From positions 16,432,001 to 16,496,000 of the forward strand of contig NC_045697.1 of the NCBI RefSeq assembly GCF_009834535.1: DNA of 64,000 nucleotides, given 5' to 3'. A program made the translations under genes and the position numbers. Origin of the DNA: Camelus ferus. Its lineage: Eukaryota. This document shows, one piece after another, positions 13,859 to 27,433 of the stretch. The notes under the pieces were generated by a model. The model made no database searches. It was not told the origin of the DNA and was given only the letters and a program-made list of their open reading frames with translations. Every line of letters starts with the position of its first letter. Within the stretch, counting starts at the first letter, position 1.

Positions 13859-14846
13859 GGGGTAGGGGGATGTTGGTGTGTAGTTTTTTTTTAGAAAACA
13901 AAGAAGTTACCTTTAATCCCAGTGTCCTATATATACATGAGCTCTGTATTTTTGTTTTCCTTTACCTAGAATTTCAACTTGATGAGCTGGGTTAACTCTA
14001 CAGGCATATATGCTGCTGGAAAACTTTATTCTGCTTGGAAAACATTTTCTTATCTGTGTATGAGTTTTCTCCTTTCTGATTATTTATGAAATTCTCATTT
14101 AGTTTCCAGAGTTACACAGACCACAAAATTAGCCTGCCTTGTAGAAGCTTCAAATTTTAATGACTACCAAAAATTACAAATACTGATTTCTCTGATCTTT
14201 CTTCATGAGCTTGAGAAATAGTGCTTTTAACTTTTATTACACTGAATGGCAACTAAGATCCAGAAGATAGATTTATTAATGAATTAGACTTCCTTCCAAA
14301 ACTCTCCTTTTCCTCAAATGGAAAAATAAAACAAATAATGGAGCTGGTACTTTATCATAACAAAAGTCAGAATGAGGCACTTATAAGGACCCTTTATAAT
14401 GAAAACCCTAAAATTTCTTTAAGAAACCACTCATGATGTTTTATTTGGACTGAAGATCAGAGATGGAGAAATTGGAATTCCATCCCCACCCAATCACACA
14501 AAAGACAGTGCTAAACAAGTAAAAATAATCTAATGTTAGCTGAAAAATTGTAGTTTCTCCTATCAGATTATCACAATTTCTTACCAAAATTTTTTTTCTT
14601 TTTCTTTCTCTGCTTACATTAGACTTTCACTTATCATGTGACTTGGTTTTTGTTAAAGTGTATAAAGAATGTCAGGTGTGAGTGAACTCAGGACTTAAAA
14701 GGAATGTAAGTAAATTCATTTGAGGTTCCATTAGTTCAGCCTTAGAAGGTTGCCTGGATGTGGTGGTTTGACATTTACTCAGTACTCACAGAGTGTTGTG
14801 CAGAAAAAAAATTCACAGGCACATGTGTCCACACAGATACATGTGT

Positions 14847-14847
<1 letters not shown>

Positions 14848-14876
<29 letters not shown>
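14848..14876. repeat. (CA)n microsatellite
   Basis: About 14 perfect units. Confidence 0.95.
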
Positions 14877-14880
<4 letters not shown>

Positions 14881-16029
14881 CAGGGGTCCATTGAGTCAGA
14901 TCAACTTGATCAGGTCCAAAGAGATATGAAAGATACAAATTTCCCAAGAATGTGATTAAATATACAAATCATTTCCTCCCTCGAGCAATGTTGTTTGAAC
15001 CCCTTAAATAACTTCATCTGGACCCCCTCAAATCCTCCCGCTAATTAAGTTTTGACACACCAGCCAGTGCCAGCCATAAACTCTAGTCACAAAACTATAT
15101 GATCTGCAAATCTCCCTAAACTCCTTTGGCTCCTATTCCTAGAACAATACTGTGCCATACATAGTATTAATTGCTTCTGATGACAGGGATAATTTTAGAG
15201 AGGACTTGGCTGGCTTCTCCGATCTCCTTATTTGCACTTCTTTGTGACAAGTTCTAGAAGAAGCCGGGCATAGACGCTGTGAATTCCCTATAAAGCTAAC
15301 TCACAGTACTGAGGTAACATGCCTTCATGGGAATCCTGCATTCTTTTTTCTTATTTAAACAGGTCAGAAAATGGAAAGCAAGCTTAACTGGCATCGTTTT
15401 GTGCTTGACTTTATATAGCTTCAATCATCTTCTTTGGATCTTATGATATAGAGATTTCTGAACAAATCTTGACTGCAAATAAGAAATAGCCACAACTCTG
15501 GGGGGCTTGCAGAGATGAAAGCTCATGTGTATGCAGTGAGACCCATCATGTCAGAGTGTGTTGAGCCGTCTCCTCCATGTTCTCTTGAAATTTATATTCT
15601 AGCAAATCTTCACATATGTTTCAAGCTTTTATACATTCTTTCCTTTCTCACCAAAATGCTTTCCCCAAATCCTTCCCTAATCCACTTTGCCTACCAGCAA
15701 ACTTTTATTCTTTTTTCAAAATCCAGTGCAGATATCAACTCATTGGAGAAGCTTAGTTTACTCCCCACCCATGCAACTGAGTTCATCTCTTTATTCCCTG
15801 ATCAATGACTGGGCTTCATTAATTGAGTCTCCTGGGCCATAAAAATCCACATTACTAGAGGGTGATGATTAGCACTCTATTCTATACGGATGGGGCCTTT
15901 GAAGTTTGCAGAGAGGCAGAGCTTGCCTAGGAACTATCGCAACGCCTGCCACGTAGAACCTCCTCAGTAGTTGTGGATCGAACTGAATTTGTCTAATGTA
16001 AAACCGAGAACTTCAGCCACGAATATGCT

Positions 16030-16195
16030 GCAATTGAAAAGGACTTTAGATGTAATCTGGTTCAAATCACTCAGTTTGTAGATAAGTGAATGACATTCAA
16101 AGCTATGAGTTGACGGACTCATTTCTGCACTGCTAGGTAGTGGCAGACTGACTTGGATTAGAACCCAGTTCTTATGTTTTCATCCTTTCCGCAGC
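16030..16195 (-). mobile_element. MIR (MIRc/MIR3-like) fragment
   Basis: aaaggactttagatgtaatctggttcaaatcactcagtttgtagataag...ggattagaacccagttc. Confidence 0.65.
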
Positions 16196-16641
16196 AGCAG
16201 GCTGCCTCGCAAATTGCTGAAATGAAAAGGTACTATTCCAACGGGGAAATATTGATATTATAAAATCTTGCCCTTGGAAAGCATCCCCGCGGAGAGATTC
16301 ATGTTTCTTCCAGTGTGTTGGATGACTGTGGTTCTAACTAAATTGAGCAATCGCCTCATCCATTTTTTGTTCTCAGGTTGGATAGTGCTTTGCACTCCTC
16401 TCCCTGTAAGATCACAGCGTTCTCTACAGGTACTAATTAGGCCACATGACACTCCCCTGTGGAAATGATCTTATTATTATGACTAAAACGGTACTGCAGA
16501 TATTTAAAGTGTTTAGCCTACAAGTGAAAGAAAGGCATTAGCAGTCCAACCCCTGGCTCGTGGTGCTAAATCAGAGCACACCAATGCCAAGAGCCTGACA
16601 TGCGGCCTGTCTGTTGGGCAAAACTTCAGAGGGACCATCGG

Positions 16642-17227
16642 TGTTACTAGTCATGGCCCTTCAGTGTAACAGAACCAACAGGTTATTAGGACGTACACGG
16701 ATCCATATGTGTATATATGTGTGCGTGCGCGCATATATGTATATTGCACATATACATGCATATACATACCTACTTAAACGTGTATGTATGTATACATATA
16801 TATATTTTGAGAGAGAGAGATTTTGAGAAACTGGTTCATATAATTATGAAGACTGGGAAGTTCCACGATCTGCCTAGGGACCCAGGAATGCCAGTGACAT
16901 AATTCAGTCTGAGTCTGAAAGCTTGAAAACCAAGGGAACCAACAGTGTAAATCCCAGTCCGAGTGCAGAAGAAGATGAGCTGAGAGGTCCCAGCTCCAAC
17001 AGTGAGCGAAGGAAAAGGCAAACTCCTCTCTCCTCCACCTTTGGTCTGTTCAAGTCCTCAGTGCGTTGGAGGATGCCCACCCACCTTGGTGAGGTCAACC
17101 TGCTACTCTGTCTACCAATTCAAGTGCTAGTCTCATCTAGAAAAACCCTTCCAAGACAACCCAGAAATAATGTTTAACCTGGACACTGTGACCAGTCACG
17201 CTGTCACATAAAATTAAGCAGAGCACA
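16642..17227 (-). mobile_element. MLT2 (ERVL) solo LTR with an expanded internal TA/CA/GA tract
   Basis: acagaaccaacagg...aattcagtctgagtctgaaagcttgaaaaccaaggg...gtcacataaaattaagcagagcaca is the reverse of the MLT2 consensus. Confidence 0.85.
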
Positions 17228-18121
17228 TTTCCCCTGCACCCAACCTTGTTTACCCCTTCCTCCCTTCACCACTGCAGGTTTACATTCTTTGGACATTCTT
17301 CCAGCTCCCCTTTTACTCTTTAAACCTCCAGTTTGGAAATTCCTTTGATAACCTGATGTCTAACCCTGACAATTGGCTGCTTAAGACTGCCATGCCTTAG
17401 GTAGGTATCCTTTCTTTAAACAACTGTTTTGTTTTGCCGTTTATTCAATGGCACAGGGTGAAAATATATATGCTGTATCTATCATTGAGCCAAACCAACT
17501 GTAATGTATTCTAAGCACCTATCCATCCATACTGCCTGGAAATTGATTCTGAATCATTTAGGGGTTTTTCTTTGCCACCCAGGGCCCTGCATTAATGCAA
17601 AAGTTCTGTTGTGGAGGGGATGTTGCATGCAATTAAGAGGATTCAGAGAGAACCCTCAACTTTGATCCACTTTATCTTTGCTGATATGGTCATTGGCTAA
17701 TTCCTCTGAGTTTCTTGAAGGTGGAGGACATCTTGCCTCTGAGCCTCCCTTGGACATGGTAGGACTTGCTAAGGTAGGGAAAGGAAGGCCTTGACCCTGC
17801 CTCCTGAGACACCCCACACAGCTCTTGGCCTCTGAGGTCATTTCGCCTCAGGAGGATGTTAGAAGTAACTCTGGGAATGTTCCCACGCATTGCCAAACCT
17901 GTGCCTTTTACAGTCTTTTGGGAACCCCTCCTCACCTTCTTCTAGAATTCAGTTGCTTCTGCCTTCCCAAACCAAGCCTTCCCCCCATTCCCTTTCCCTG
18001 GGCACACCCTGAACAAACCTCTCTGAATGTGCCTTTAAAAATAGAACTCAGTCCTTTTCTTCTTCTGGGAAGAGATGGAAAATAAGACCATCAATGAAAG
18101 TGTTTTCACTTATTCGCTATT

Positions 18122-18185
18122 TTCCTTCCTTCCTTCCTTCCTTCCTTCCTTCCTTCCTTCCTTCCTCCTTTTCTTCTTTCCTTCC
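18122..18185. repeat. (TTCC)n repeat
   Basis: Seen directly. Confidence 0.95.
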
Positions 18186-18821
18186 CTTCTGACATAGCTC
18201 CTCTTTATATCCTCCACTTAACTTTTATCAAACCTAGCTTCTGTATTGCTCTATGCAATTCTGTTTCAAACTTCTTTGTGTGTTTTCATTTTCCTAAACT
18301 TGCTTTTCTTACTATTTGATCAGCAAACTCCTATCACTGTGACAAAGCCCAGCTCAGAGGTCACTTCATTCAGTCTTAAAATAAGTATTTAGTATTTACA
18401 GAATGATTCCAAGCTCAACATATATTTTAGTGAAAACAAAAGGCAAGCTTCTGCTTTCACGTGGTTGTCTCGCTTGTGAGGCAAACTCTGGCGTCTCCCA
18501 GTGCTGACGTGTATCTTCTGGGTTGATTCTCAGCCCAGGTTTATCACTGCTATCATTGTGATGTATTTTAATGATTGGTTTTCATTAAGGCCCTTTCAAG
18601 GCCCTACTTGTAAGGGCCTTACTTGTATTATTTTGGTTTTGCCCCCTCCTCCCCATTGTTTAGTAAAGGGACTGGCCTACATTAGTTCATCATCAATTGC
18701 TTGTTGAATTTTGATGATTTCAAATCTCCTGACCATCCACTATACAAAAAGCACCATAATAGTCCCTTTAGCAATTGTAAAGTTTGATAAGACAGGCACT
18801 GCTACACTCAAAAAAACTAAG

Positions 18822-18992
18822 GGGGAAACAGAAAGACATTGTTTCATGGATACAGAGATTTAGTTTGCAAGAAGAAAAAGTTCTGGATATTGTTTGCACG
18901 ATGATGTGAATATACTTAACACTACTCAAACACATTTAAAATGACTAAGATAGTAAATTTTAGGTTATCTGTATTTTACTATCATTTTGAAA
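18822..18992 (+). mobile_element. L1MA/MB 3' terminal fragment
   Basis: gtttgcaagaagaaaaagttctggatattgtttgcacgatgatgtgaatatacttaacactac. Confidence 0.8.
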
Positions 18993-19290
18993 GTCTAACA
19001 GCCCGGAAGAAATAGGTTTTGGCTGAAAATTCACTCCCAACAAGCCTGGACCCATGACAGTATATGATGATTAAGAAGGAAAAGGGGCAGGGGAAGGAAA
19101 GCAGAGAAAGCTGAGGACTGACCCTGTAGTGCAACTAAGGACACAAGAAGAAAGTGAAGTTTATGAAGGAGATGAAAAGGAAAGGTAAGAACAGATGTAA
19201 TCATATTGGAATTTTTTTTTTAAGCTTCTGATAATTAACACTGACCTTTGCTGGTATTTTGTAGTTTTAAAGGAAACATTACAATATGTA

Positions 19291-19862
19291 TTTTTAAAAT
19301 TGAAGTATAATTAGTTACAATGTGTCAGTTTCTGGTGTACAGCATAATGTCCCAGTCATGGGTATATGTACATATATTCGTTTTCATATTCTTTTTCACT
19401 AAAGGTTATTATAAGATATTTAATATAGTTCCCTGTGTTATACAGAAGACGTTTGCTTTTTATCTATTTTATATATAGTGGCTAACATTTGCAAATCTCA
19501 AACTCCCAGATTTATCCCTTCCCACCCCTTTCCCCCTAGTAACCATAAGATTGTTTACTGTCTGAGAGTCTGTTTCTGTTTTGCAGATGAGTTCCTTAGT
19601 GTCCTCTTTTTTCTTTCTTTTAATTTTTTTAGATTCCACATATGAGTGATATCATATGATATTTTTCTTTCTCTTTCTGGCTTACTTCACTTAGAATGAT
19701 GATCTCTAGGTCCATCCATGTTGCTGTAAATGACATTATTTTATTCTCCTTATGGCTGAGTAGTATTCCATTGTATATATAAATTCCATAACTTCTTTAT
19801 TCAGTCATCTGTTGATGGACATTTGGTTGGCTTCTATGTCTTGGCAGTAAACAATGCTGCTA
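19291..19862 (-). mobile_element. Young lineage-specific L1 3' end (cetartiodactyl/camelid type), 5' truncated
   Basis: tttctggtgtacagcataatgtcccagtcat...atatagttccctgtgttatacag; highly similar to the copies at 26241 and 47699. Confidence 0.85.
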
Positions 19863-19889
19863 CAGCATGTATGTTTTATTACCTGTTAA

Positions 19890-20100
19890 TAAATAGTAAC
19901 ATTTGTGTCATGCTTTACAGTTTACAAAGTTGATCCTTACAAAGTTCCCCTTTCCTATGGGGAAAGAATCCATTCTTCCCATTTTGAGAAAGAATCAGTT
20001 TTATGTATTAAAGTATGTTTTGCTACCACATAGGCAAATAGCAGAAACCATGTTTTCTCACACAAATTCTGATTCTCATTTTAAACACCGTTTACTGACA
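19890..20100 (-). mobile_element. MIR fragment
   Basis: aatagtaacatttgtgtcatgctttacagtttacaaag...cccattttgaga. Confidence 0.6.
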
Positions 20101-20779
20101 TCTTATTTTTAACTCTGATTCTCAATTTTTCCATCCCTCATCCTTTTCCTAAAAAGTATTATTTTGTGTGGAAGGGTAAAATGGGTGATTTTACAATCAT
20201 GGATGACTTTGAAGGGAGCAAATTGAGATGAAGGGCTGAGCCTTTTGCCTGTCCCCTAGAAGTGTGTGTTTACTGTGAACACAGAGGCAGAAAATGCACA
20301 TTTCCCTCTGAAGCACTTTGATAGTAAAACAAAGCAGAATTAGGCTGTTTTCTCCAAAGGTGGTCGGATTGGAGAAGACATTTTTCTAACATATAAAAGA
20401 TCTGAGAATTGTTAAGAAAATCATTATACAGTGAATTAGAAGGGATGGAAAAATGCAAGAAGGAAAAGGAAGAACAGTTGGAGGGGGTCCTTAAAGGGAC
20501 AGGAGATGACAGAATCAAAAGGCGGTAGGATTAGCTTGAAAAAGGAGGAGGGGCACGTCTCACAGATACAGAAGAGAAGGTCAAAGTCTGCCTACAGGTA
20601 GAGAAAGATACAGAATGGCTATGCTGAGGTTGTTGACAAAAATTTTGAGATGGAGAGAAGTCACCTGCCCCAGATAACTTCAGTCTTTTCGGAAAATAAA
20701 AAAGCACCAAGAGTAAAGGAGAACAAAATCCATCCACACTGAATTACAGGAAAAGTTGAAAAGGAACTCTGTTGCAACT

Positions 20780-22075
20780 GTTATGTGGCACCAGAAGGCA
20801 GTGAATGAAACAAACTTAAACTTGAAAAATGGAATCTTGAAACAGTTGAGAATGAATATAACCCATTGTGCCCATTTCTTGTGAAAAGGAAATAGAGTTC
20901 CTTGGAGAAATGCCTAATTCCAGGGGTGGAGCAAAGAGAATACAAGATAAACTTGAATATCCTGTTGTGCCTGAAAATTAAAAGTGCTCAAAAAATGGAC
21001 ATGTAAACATTCAAACAAGCCAGATTGAAGTGGTTCCCAGAAGGCAAATTTGAAACAATTTGAGCATCAACATAAATGATGATGTTAATGTGTTGAGGAA
21101 AATAAGAATACACAAGCCCATACTGATAACAAATGAATAAACCAACATTTGGGGAGAGGGTAAAACAGAATGACAGCTAATATATGTAGGCAAACAATGA
21201 AACAGCAAAATCACCATTGTGCAGTCACCATAATAGTAATGGAATCATGCAGAACTCCATGAGATCTTAACACTAGGGTGTGAAAATTTCATGAGAAATA
21301 TAACATTTACAAGGTCTTAATGTGTCTCCCCACAAATTATTTATTAATTACAGGGAAAGTAGTAACTACCTGGGGAAACATGACAGTCATCACTTTAACC
21401 AAGAAGTCAAAGTTACCCAAAATGGGACAAATCAATTGACCTTCCATGCCTCCCAAGGTGATCCTCTGTCACATAATTTTACCTGTGGCATTCCTGCCAA
21501 AACATGCATGCCTTAAATCTAATCATTAGAAACCATGAGACACACCATATGGAGGAAGAGTCTGCAACATAACTGGTCTGTGCTCTTCAAAAGCATTGAT
21601 GGGATGAAAGACAAAGAAAGGAGAAACGGTTCCAGTTGAAAGGAGACCAAAGAAACATGACAAGTCGATTAAATAGATGAGCTTGCACTGAATCCTGACT
21701 CAGGAAAAAAAAACAAAAAAGAAATTCTATGGAGAACCAACTCGAGAAATTTGAATATTAGCTGTAAACAAGAGTATTTATTAATGTTTAATTTCCTGAC
21801 TTTCATAACTTCACGATGATTACATAGAAAAATGCTTTTGTTCCCAGGAAATCTAAACTAAAGCTTTCAGCAGAGGCTTGATGAGTGGCATTTGCTCTCA
21901 GGTGGTTTGAAAAGAAAAAAAAAAGAATGCTTATACATAAAGAGAAAGAAAATGATTTAAAACAAATGTAGATAAATGCTAATAATTTGTGAATCAGGGA
22001 GCAGGGTGAGGTTCTCAATGCTAATTTTGACACTTTTCGGAAAGTATAAAATTATTTCGAAGTAAAAATGAGAAA
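20780..22075 (+). mobile_element. L1MC (L1MC4/5-like) 3' region
   Basis: agttccttggagaaatgcctaattccagggg...ggcattcctgccaaaacatgcatgccttaaatctaatcat...aaattatttcgaagtaaaaa. Confidence 0.8.
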
Positions 22076-22089
22076 ATGATGAAATTTAC

Positions 22090-22260
22090 CACCCAATTAG
22101 TATTTAATGAGCACCTCCTAGACATCAGGGCTGGGCGAGGTCCTGGAAATCCAGAACTAGAAGATAAATTCCTGCTTTCAAGTGGTTCCCAGTTTACAGC
22201 AGGAGGCAGAGAAACCAGCACCCACTGGAACCAGTTCAAGGTTGTGGAGAGGAATCAAGT
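22090..22260 (-). mobile_element. L2 3' end
   Basis: agtatttaatgagcacctcctag...cctgctttcaagtggttcccagttt. Confidence 0.6.
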
Positions 22261-22535
22261 GGGCTTATAACCAGCCCTTCAGCTGGAAAGGGAGGGCAGC
22301 AAGGTAGGTTAGTTCCTTTTACTTATCCCTTAAGACTTTCAAAAGCTTCCTATTTCTTACCAGCAAAACAAAACCAAACTTCAACTGTGTTAGCACAATA
22401 GGTTTTCTCTACTTGGCCAAACTCAGTTGAATCTTACTGGCTGCCAGGATGTTGCTCTAGGGAACATTCTGGAGTGATGAGAGGCACTGAGGTGCAGGAA
22501 CAGTGCCTGGCACATCGCCGTGGGTTTGGGATCCC

Positions 22536-22990
22536 TGTGCGTCATTCGTTTGCCAGGGCTGCCTTAACAAAGCACCACAAACAGTGTGGCTCAAGAAGCA
22601 GAAACCGACGGCCTCACTGTTCCGGAGGCTGGTTGTCTGAAATCACCGTGTGGGTGGGGCTGGTTCCGTCTGAGAGCTGAGAAGCCAGTCCCATGCAGGT
22701 CCCCTGACTCCTGGTGGTTTGCTGGCTGGCTGGCGTTGCTCGGCTTGTAGATCAAAGACCACACTGATCTCTGCCTTGATATTCACACGGCATTCTCCCT
22801 GTCTGTGTCTGTCTCTGGGTCCAAATTTCCCTTTTTATATGGATGCAGTTTGAATGAGGGCCCACCCTAATGACCTCATCTCCACTTGATCATCTGCACA
22901 GACACTATCTCCAAATAAGGTCACATTCACAGGTGCACGGGGGGCTAGGATTTTAACACCTTTTGAAGGGACATAAATTAACTCATAACA
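22536..22990 (-). mobile_element. MLT1 (MLT1B/C-like) MaLR solo LTR
   Basis: agggctgccttaacaaagcaccacaaac...atctccaaataaggtcacattcacagg...cataaca; TG...CA ends. Confidence 0.85.
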
Positions 22991-23999
22991 CTGCCTCACC
23001 ATGACATTTATGGGTCTCAAAGAATTTCTCCCAAACTGTCTCTTCAATCTTATTTCATATTCCTTCCTATAAAAAACTCTATTCCAGATAAGTTGCTATA
23101 AATGCCCTTGGAATACTTTGCCCCCACCTCCCCACCAAATCTGGTCACAGCTAACACATTCTTCTTCCATCTGTAGTTTGACTGTTACCCGTGGAGATAC
23201 TCCTAACACGTAGCTTGATTCTCTTTGTAGAATTTATATTTTGGTCCTATTTATGTGTTTACTTGTTTATAGTTTGTCTCTTGCCACTAGGTTGTATGCT
23301 CCAGAAAGGTGTGCCTTCTGCCTGTCAGGGTGACTGCCAGAGCCTCCCCTCCAAGTTCAGTGTCTGCACGTAGCAGATGTTGAGTATATCTACAAGGGCA
23401 ACGAGCTGTTTCAGTCTCTGTTATATATTTTCCTCTTATTTTGACCAGCCCTGCTTCACTGACCTAAAGTAAGCATTCTAGGTTTTAAGTAAATGTATAC
23501 ATTGGAGCAAACTAAATGACAGTAACAAGAGATTCATCAGAACAAACAAAATATCCAATGCTAAGCTATCACTTGAAAGCAAACCAAATGAGTGTCTTTC
23601 CGTGACTACAAATAACAGAGAAAAGAAAAAAACTGAGCCGGAAGTAAAGTAGAAATGTGAAGATAATAAAACATAGAAAAATAACAAGAACAACAAAAAC
23701 TTTACCGTGGAAAAATATTTAAAAGCTCATGAAAGCTTATGAACCTACCTGGCAGTAAACTCATCTTGCCAACACTGGAAAAACCAGACAGAAAACATTT
23801 AATTTTGGAAGAATTGGTTGTTGTTGTCCAACATGCTTTTTGTACAAACTGCTTTTGTTCCAAGTGAATTCAGGCTCAGTGCTTCTGTATTTGTGTGTGT
23901 GGTTTTGGTGGGGGGTTTTTTTGTTTGTTTGTTTGTTTGCTAATTACCAAGAGCATACAAAAGCCACTCCTTAATCATTAAAGGATAGTAATTGTTACT

Positions 24000-24170
24000 A
24001 TTATGATTACAGGTCTTCCCAATATATGTGCATGGGAGGTGGAAAAGAGACACCATTTTAAACATGAGAAAATGAATGCTTAATGGTCTTATGTGCCTAA
24101 TCCAAGGTTAGGCAGGGCTGGAATGAGATTCCAAAGGGCGCCTTCTTTCCCTGGCTCACACTGTCTCTTT
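24000..24170 (-). mobile_element. MIR fragment
   Basis: ccattttaaacatgagaaaatgaatgctta...tccaaggttaggcagggctggaatgagattc. Confidence 0.55.
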
Positions 24171-26240
24171 TGATGTTGTTTAGTCACAATCTGGAGCCAA
24201 ACTCTTTGGGGACAGAGTGCCTAGGGTCCCGTTTCACCTGCCTTTCTCAGACTCCCGCAGCCAAGCTGCACAGTTAACCAGTGTGACTCAGCTACCTGCT
24301 GGACTGCCAGTTGATAAAGTCACATGGCCAATCCCTCACAGGCAAGGAATGTCACCATTCCCAGGTTAGTCACCTATGTGCGGCATGGCAAGAGGGCCCC
24401 AAAGGTAAAACTGCAGTCACACTGACATAATTACTCACCTGTTCTGTCCAGGCACTTACAGCAAAAGACAGCGGGACATCAAAAACCAGAACTGACGTGA
24501 CACAGAAAAGCAAGCACTGGTGGAAAATGCATCGTATGAGGACAACAGGGAGAAGAATGTCTTGAGTTTGATTTTCAAGCAGTGAATTCATCGGAAGTGG
24601 CCATATGAGTAGTCAGATAGTGTTGGGATATATTTTAGGGACAGTATGTTTCTGTCAAGTGCAGAAGGTGGACTCTCTCAAAGTTCACGGATGACAAACT
24701 TGAGAATATGCTAGGCTACCTTCTAGGGAAGATAGGGCAATGCACATGCCTTCAACCAAACAAGACATCCATGGTCAAGTATAAGCTACGTGTGCAACAA
24801 CATATTTATTATCTTCTCCCTGCCATCCATTTGCATCTGTCTCCTTGCCTTCTTGGTGGCCTTTTGCATAATGGTGAGCAATGCATCACTTACACCCTTG
24901 AAACGGAAATATATACTTTTTTAATATGCAAGTCTAATGGTTCCACTTGACAAAAGAAATCCCAGTGATCTATATTGTCTCTTAAATTGATCCAACATAT
25001 TGTGGTATTTGGGTCGAGTTACTCGCTAATAATTTCTTAACAGAAAATGGAAAGACAATAGCATTAGTAAATCAAACCAAAGGTGTGATTAAATGCCGCG
25101 TGAATATCAGGCATTCGTTTCAGTTCCACCGGCCTGACTCCATCGCAGCCCAGCCAGGAGAGGAGGTCGTGTCATTTGCATGCTACAGCAAGGTGCATTA
25201 TACAAATCACCCTAAATTATCGATCGCTGCAAGGGAACTGGTTGCTAGAATATAGCGTTCATATATCAAAGGCAAACCTCCAGTGAGGACACACTTTGAT
25301 TTCTCATTTAAGAGGATACACTTTGTTGCCTTACAATACTTGCCCTTCTCCAAATCCAATCATACCAGCTTCCCTTCAGATTTTTTGAGGTTGAGCATCA
25401 TGGCAAACTGGCAATAACCTCTTGCTTGAAAACCTTTAAGTTGTCTGCATCTTTCTCAGCACTACAGATATTTCTCTCTAACCCACTTTGCCAGGGTTCC
25501 GGGTTTTTCAGCTGGTCTTGAATCTAATCTACAGTTTGAAATCACGCTAGATCTAGTCTCTTCTCATCTGTGCATACCAGCTCAGCTTCAACGATCATTC
25601 TACTTCTTTTCACTTTTGACTTTTGACCACTTGGGTCAAGGATGTATCTAGATTCCACAGTGGAACCTGAGTGGTGCTGTGCTCTATGGAACACTTTTCC
25701 ATTAGTGATGTATCCATACATGACGTATCCAAAATCTCCGGACTGACATGAGAAATCCAGCCACTGGTCTCAAAGGTTGAGAACGCATTGCATTATTTTA
25801 TTCTGTGGCCGAGTGCCCTCCAAATCTTCGTGGGTTCCCTGTTTCAGAGTCTCATACAGAAAGCCCAGATTTAGGGGGGAAGTCACTTACCTAGTGGAGC
25901 AAAATATATTTACTTATTTATTTATTCACCATACAAATCGTTGAGTATGAAAAATGTGCAGACATGTTTTAATGAATAGCACAAAAAATTGACTTAATTA
26001 TAATCCTGGGTTTATGACACGTTCTTCAAGCATGAACTTCTCAATTTTTTATTTAATGATTTTAGTAGACAGTAGGAAGATAACCAGCACTCATGAACCC
26101 ATCTCCCAATTCCTTACGTCTACCAATTTGCTTCTACCTAACCCTATCCCCTGGGCTTCCACAAGGTAATGATTATCTGAAGTTTTGTGTTTCCTTGTTT
26201 TAAAAAATTTTAAGCAAAGTACTGTTTAGTTTTATTTGTG

Positions 26241-26930
26241 TTTTTTTCTTTTAAAAAATTTTGTGGAAGTATGGTCAGTTTATAATGTTGTGTCAACTTC
26301 TGGTGTACAGCATAATATTTCAGTCATATATATACACACATACATTCATTTTCACATACTTTTTCATTATAGGTTACTACAAGATATTGAATATAGTTCC
26401 CTGTGCTATACAGTATAAACTTGTTGTTTATCTATTTTATATATAGTAGTTAGTATCTGCAAATCTCAAACTCTCAATTTATCCCTACCCACCCCCTTTT
26501 TCCCCTGGTAACGATAAATTTGTTTTCTATGTCTGTGAGTCTCTTTCTGTTTTGCAAATAAGTTCACTTTTTGTCTTTTTTTTTTAGATTCCACACATGA
26601 GTGATATCATTTGGTATTTTTCTCTCTCTTTCTGGCTTACTTCAATTAGAATGACGATCTCTAAGTGCATCTATGTTGCTGCTGCAAATGGCATTATTTA
26701 ATTCTTTTTTATGGCTGAGTAGTATTCCATTATATAAATATATGACAGTTTTTTTTTTTTTTATTCTGTCATCTGTTGATGGACATTTAGGTTGCTTCCA
26801 CATCTTGGCTATTGTGAATAGTGCTGTTATGAATATTGGGGTGTATGTAACTTTTCAAATTACAGTTCCCTCTGGATATATGCCCAGCAGTGGAATTGCT
26901 GTATCATATGGGAAGTCTATTTTTAGAGTT
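26241..26930 (-). mobile_element. Young lineage-specific L1 3' end (cetartiodactyl/camelid type)
   Basis: ttctggtgtacagcataatatttcagtcat...aagatattgaatatagttccctgtgctatacag; runs on into the ORF2 C-terminal region. Confidence 0.85.
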
Positions 26931-26932
26931 TC

Positions 26933-27433
26933 TATTCACAACATTTTTGTTAACTGATCAGTACCTAATCTTATTTTTCTATTTAAAGACACCTTATTTA
27001 ACATATATTGCTGATTCATTAATATTGACCTCACAGCCAACAGGACTATAATTCACATGTGGATATAAGGATATAACACATCCTTTTTCTCTATGAGTCA
27101 TACCATAGAGTCCAAGAGCCTTCTTGCTCTTAGGATCACTTGCAAGCACTTTAACACTATACTTGGAGGCCATTTAAACAGGAACATTATCAAGAAAATG
27201 CACAAAAGTGATAAAAGTATGGCAAGGAACAGACTGTGAAAAGGCTATTTGTTTACAGAATGAGAGCTTAAAGCAGTGTATCTTATGCGTTGCACGACTC
27301 AAATTTCCCACCACATGTGTCCATAAATGACCACAAAAGTGCCAAAAGAATTTGCTTTGGGGTAACAGGTAAAAATTTTAGCAAGTAGGGAATTTGCTAC
27401 AACTGAATCAGAGAATGATGAGGATTAGCTGTA
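26933..27433 (-). mobile_element. MER82-like (TcMar-Tigger) DNA transposon, one end missing
   Basis: aaagacaccttatttaacatatattgctgattcattaatattgacctcacagccaacag; terminus gagaatgatgaggattagctg followed by TA. Confidence 0.75.

Noticed and set aside
16378..16429. Possible small exon (ttttttgttctcag ... CAG/gtacta)
   Set aside because: Weak donor, no recognisable peptide and no other support.
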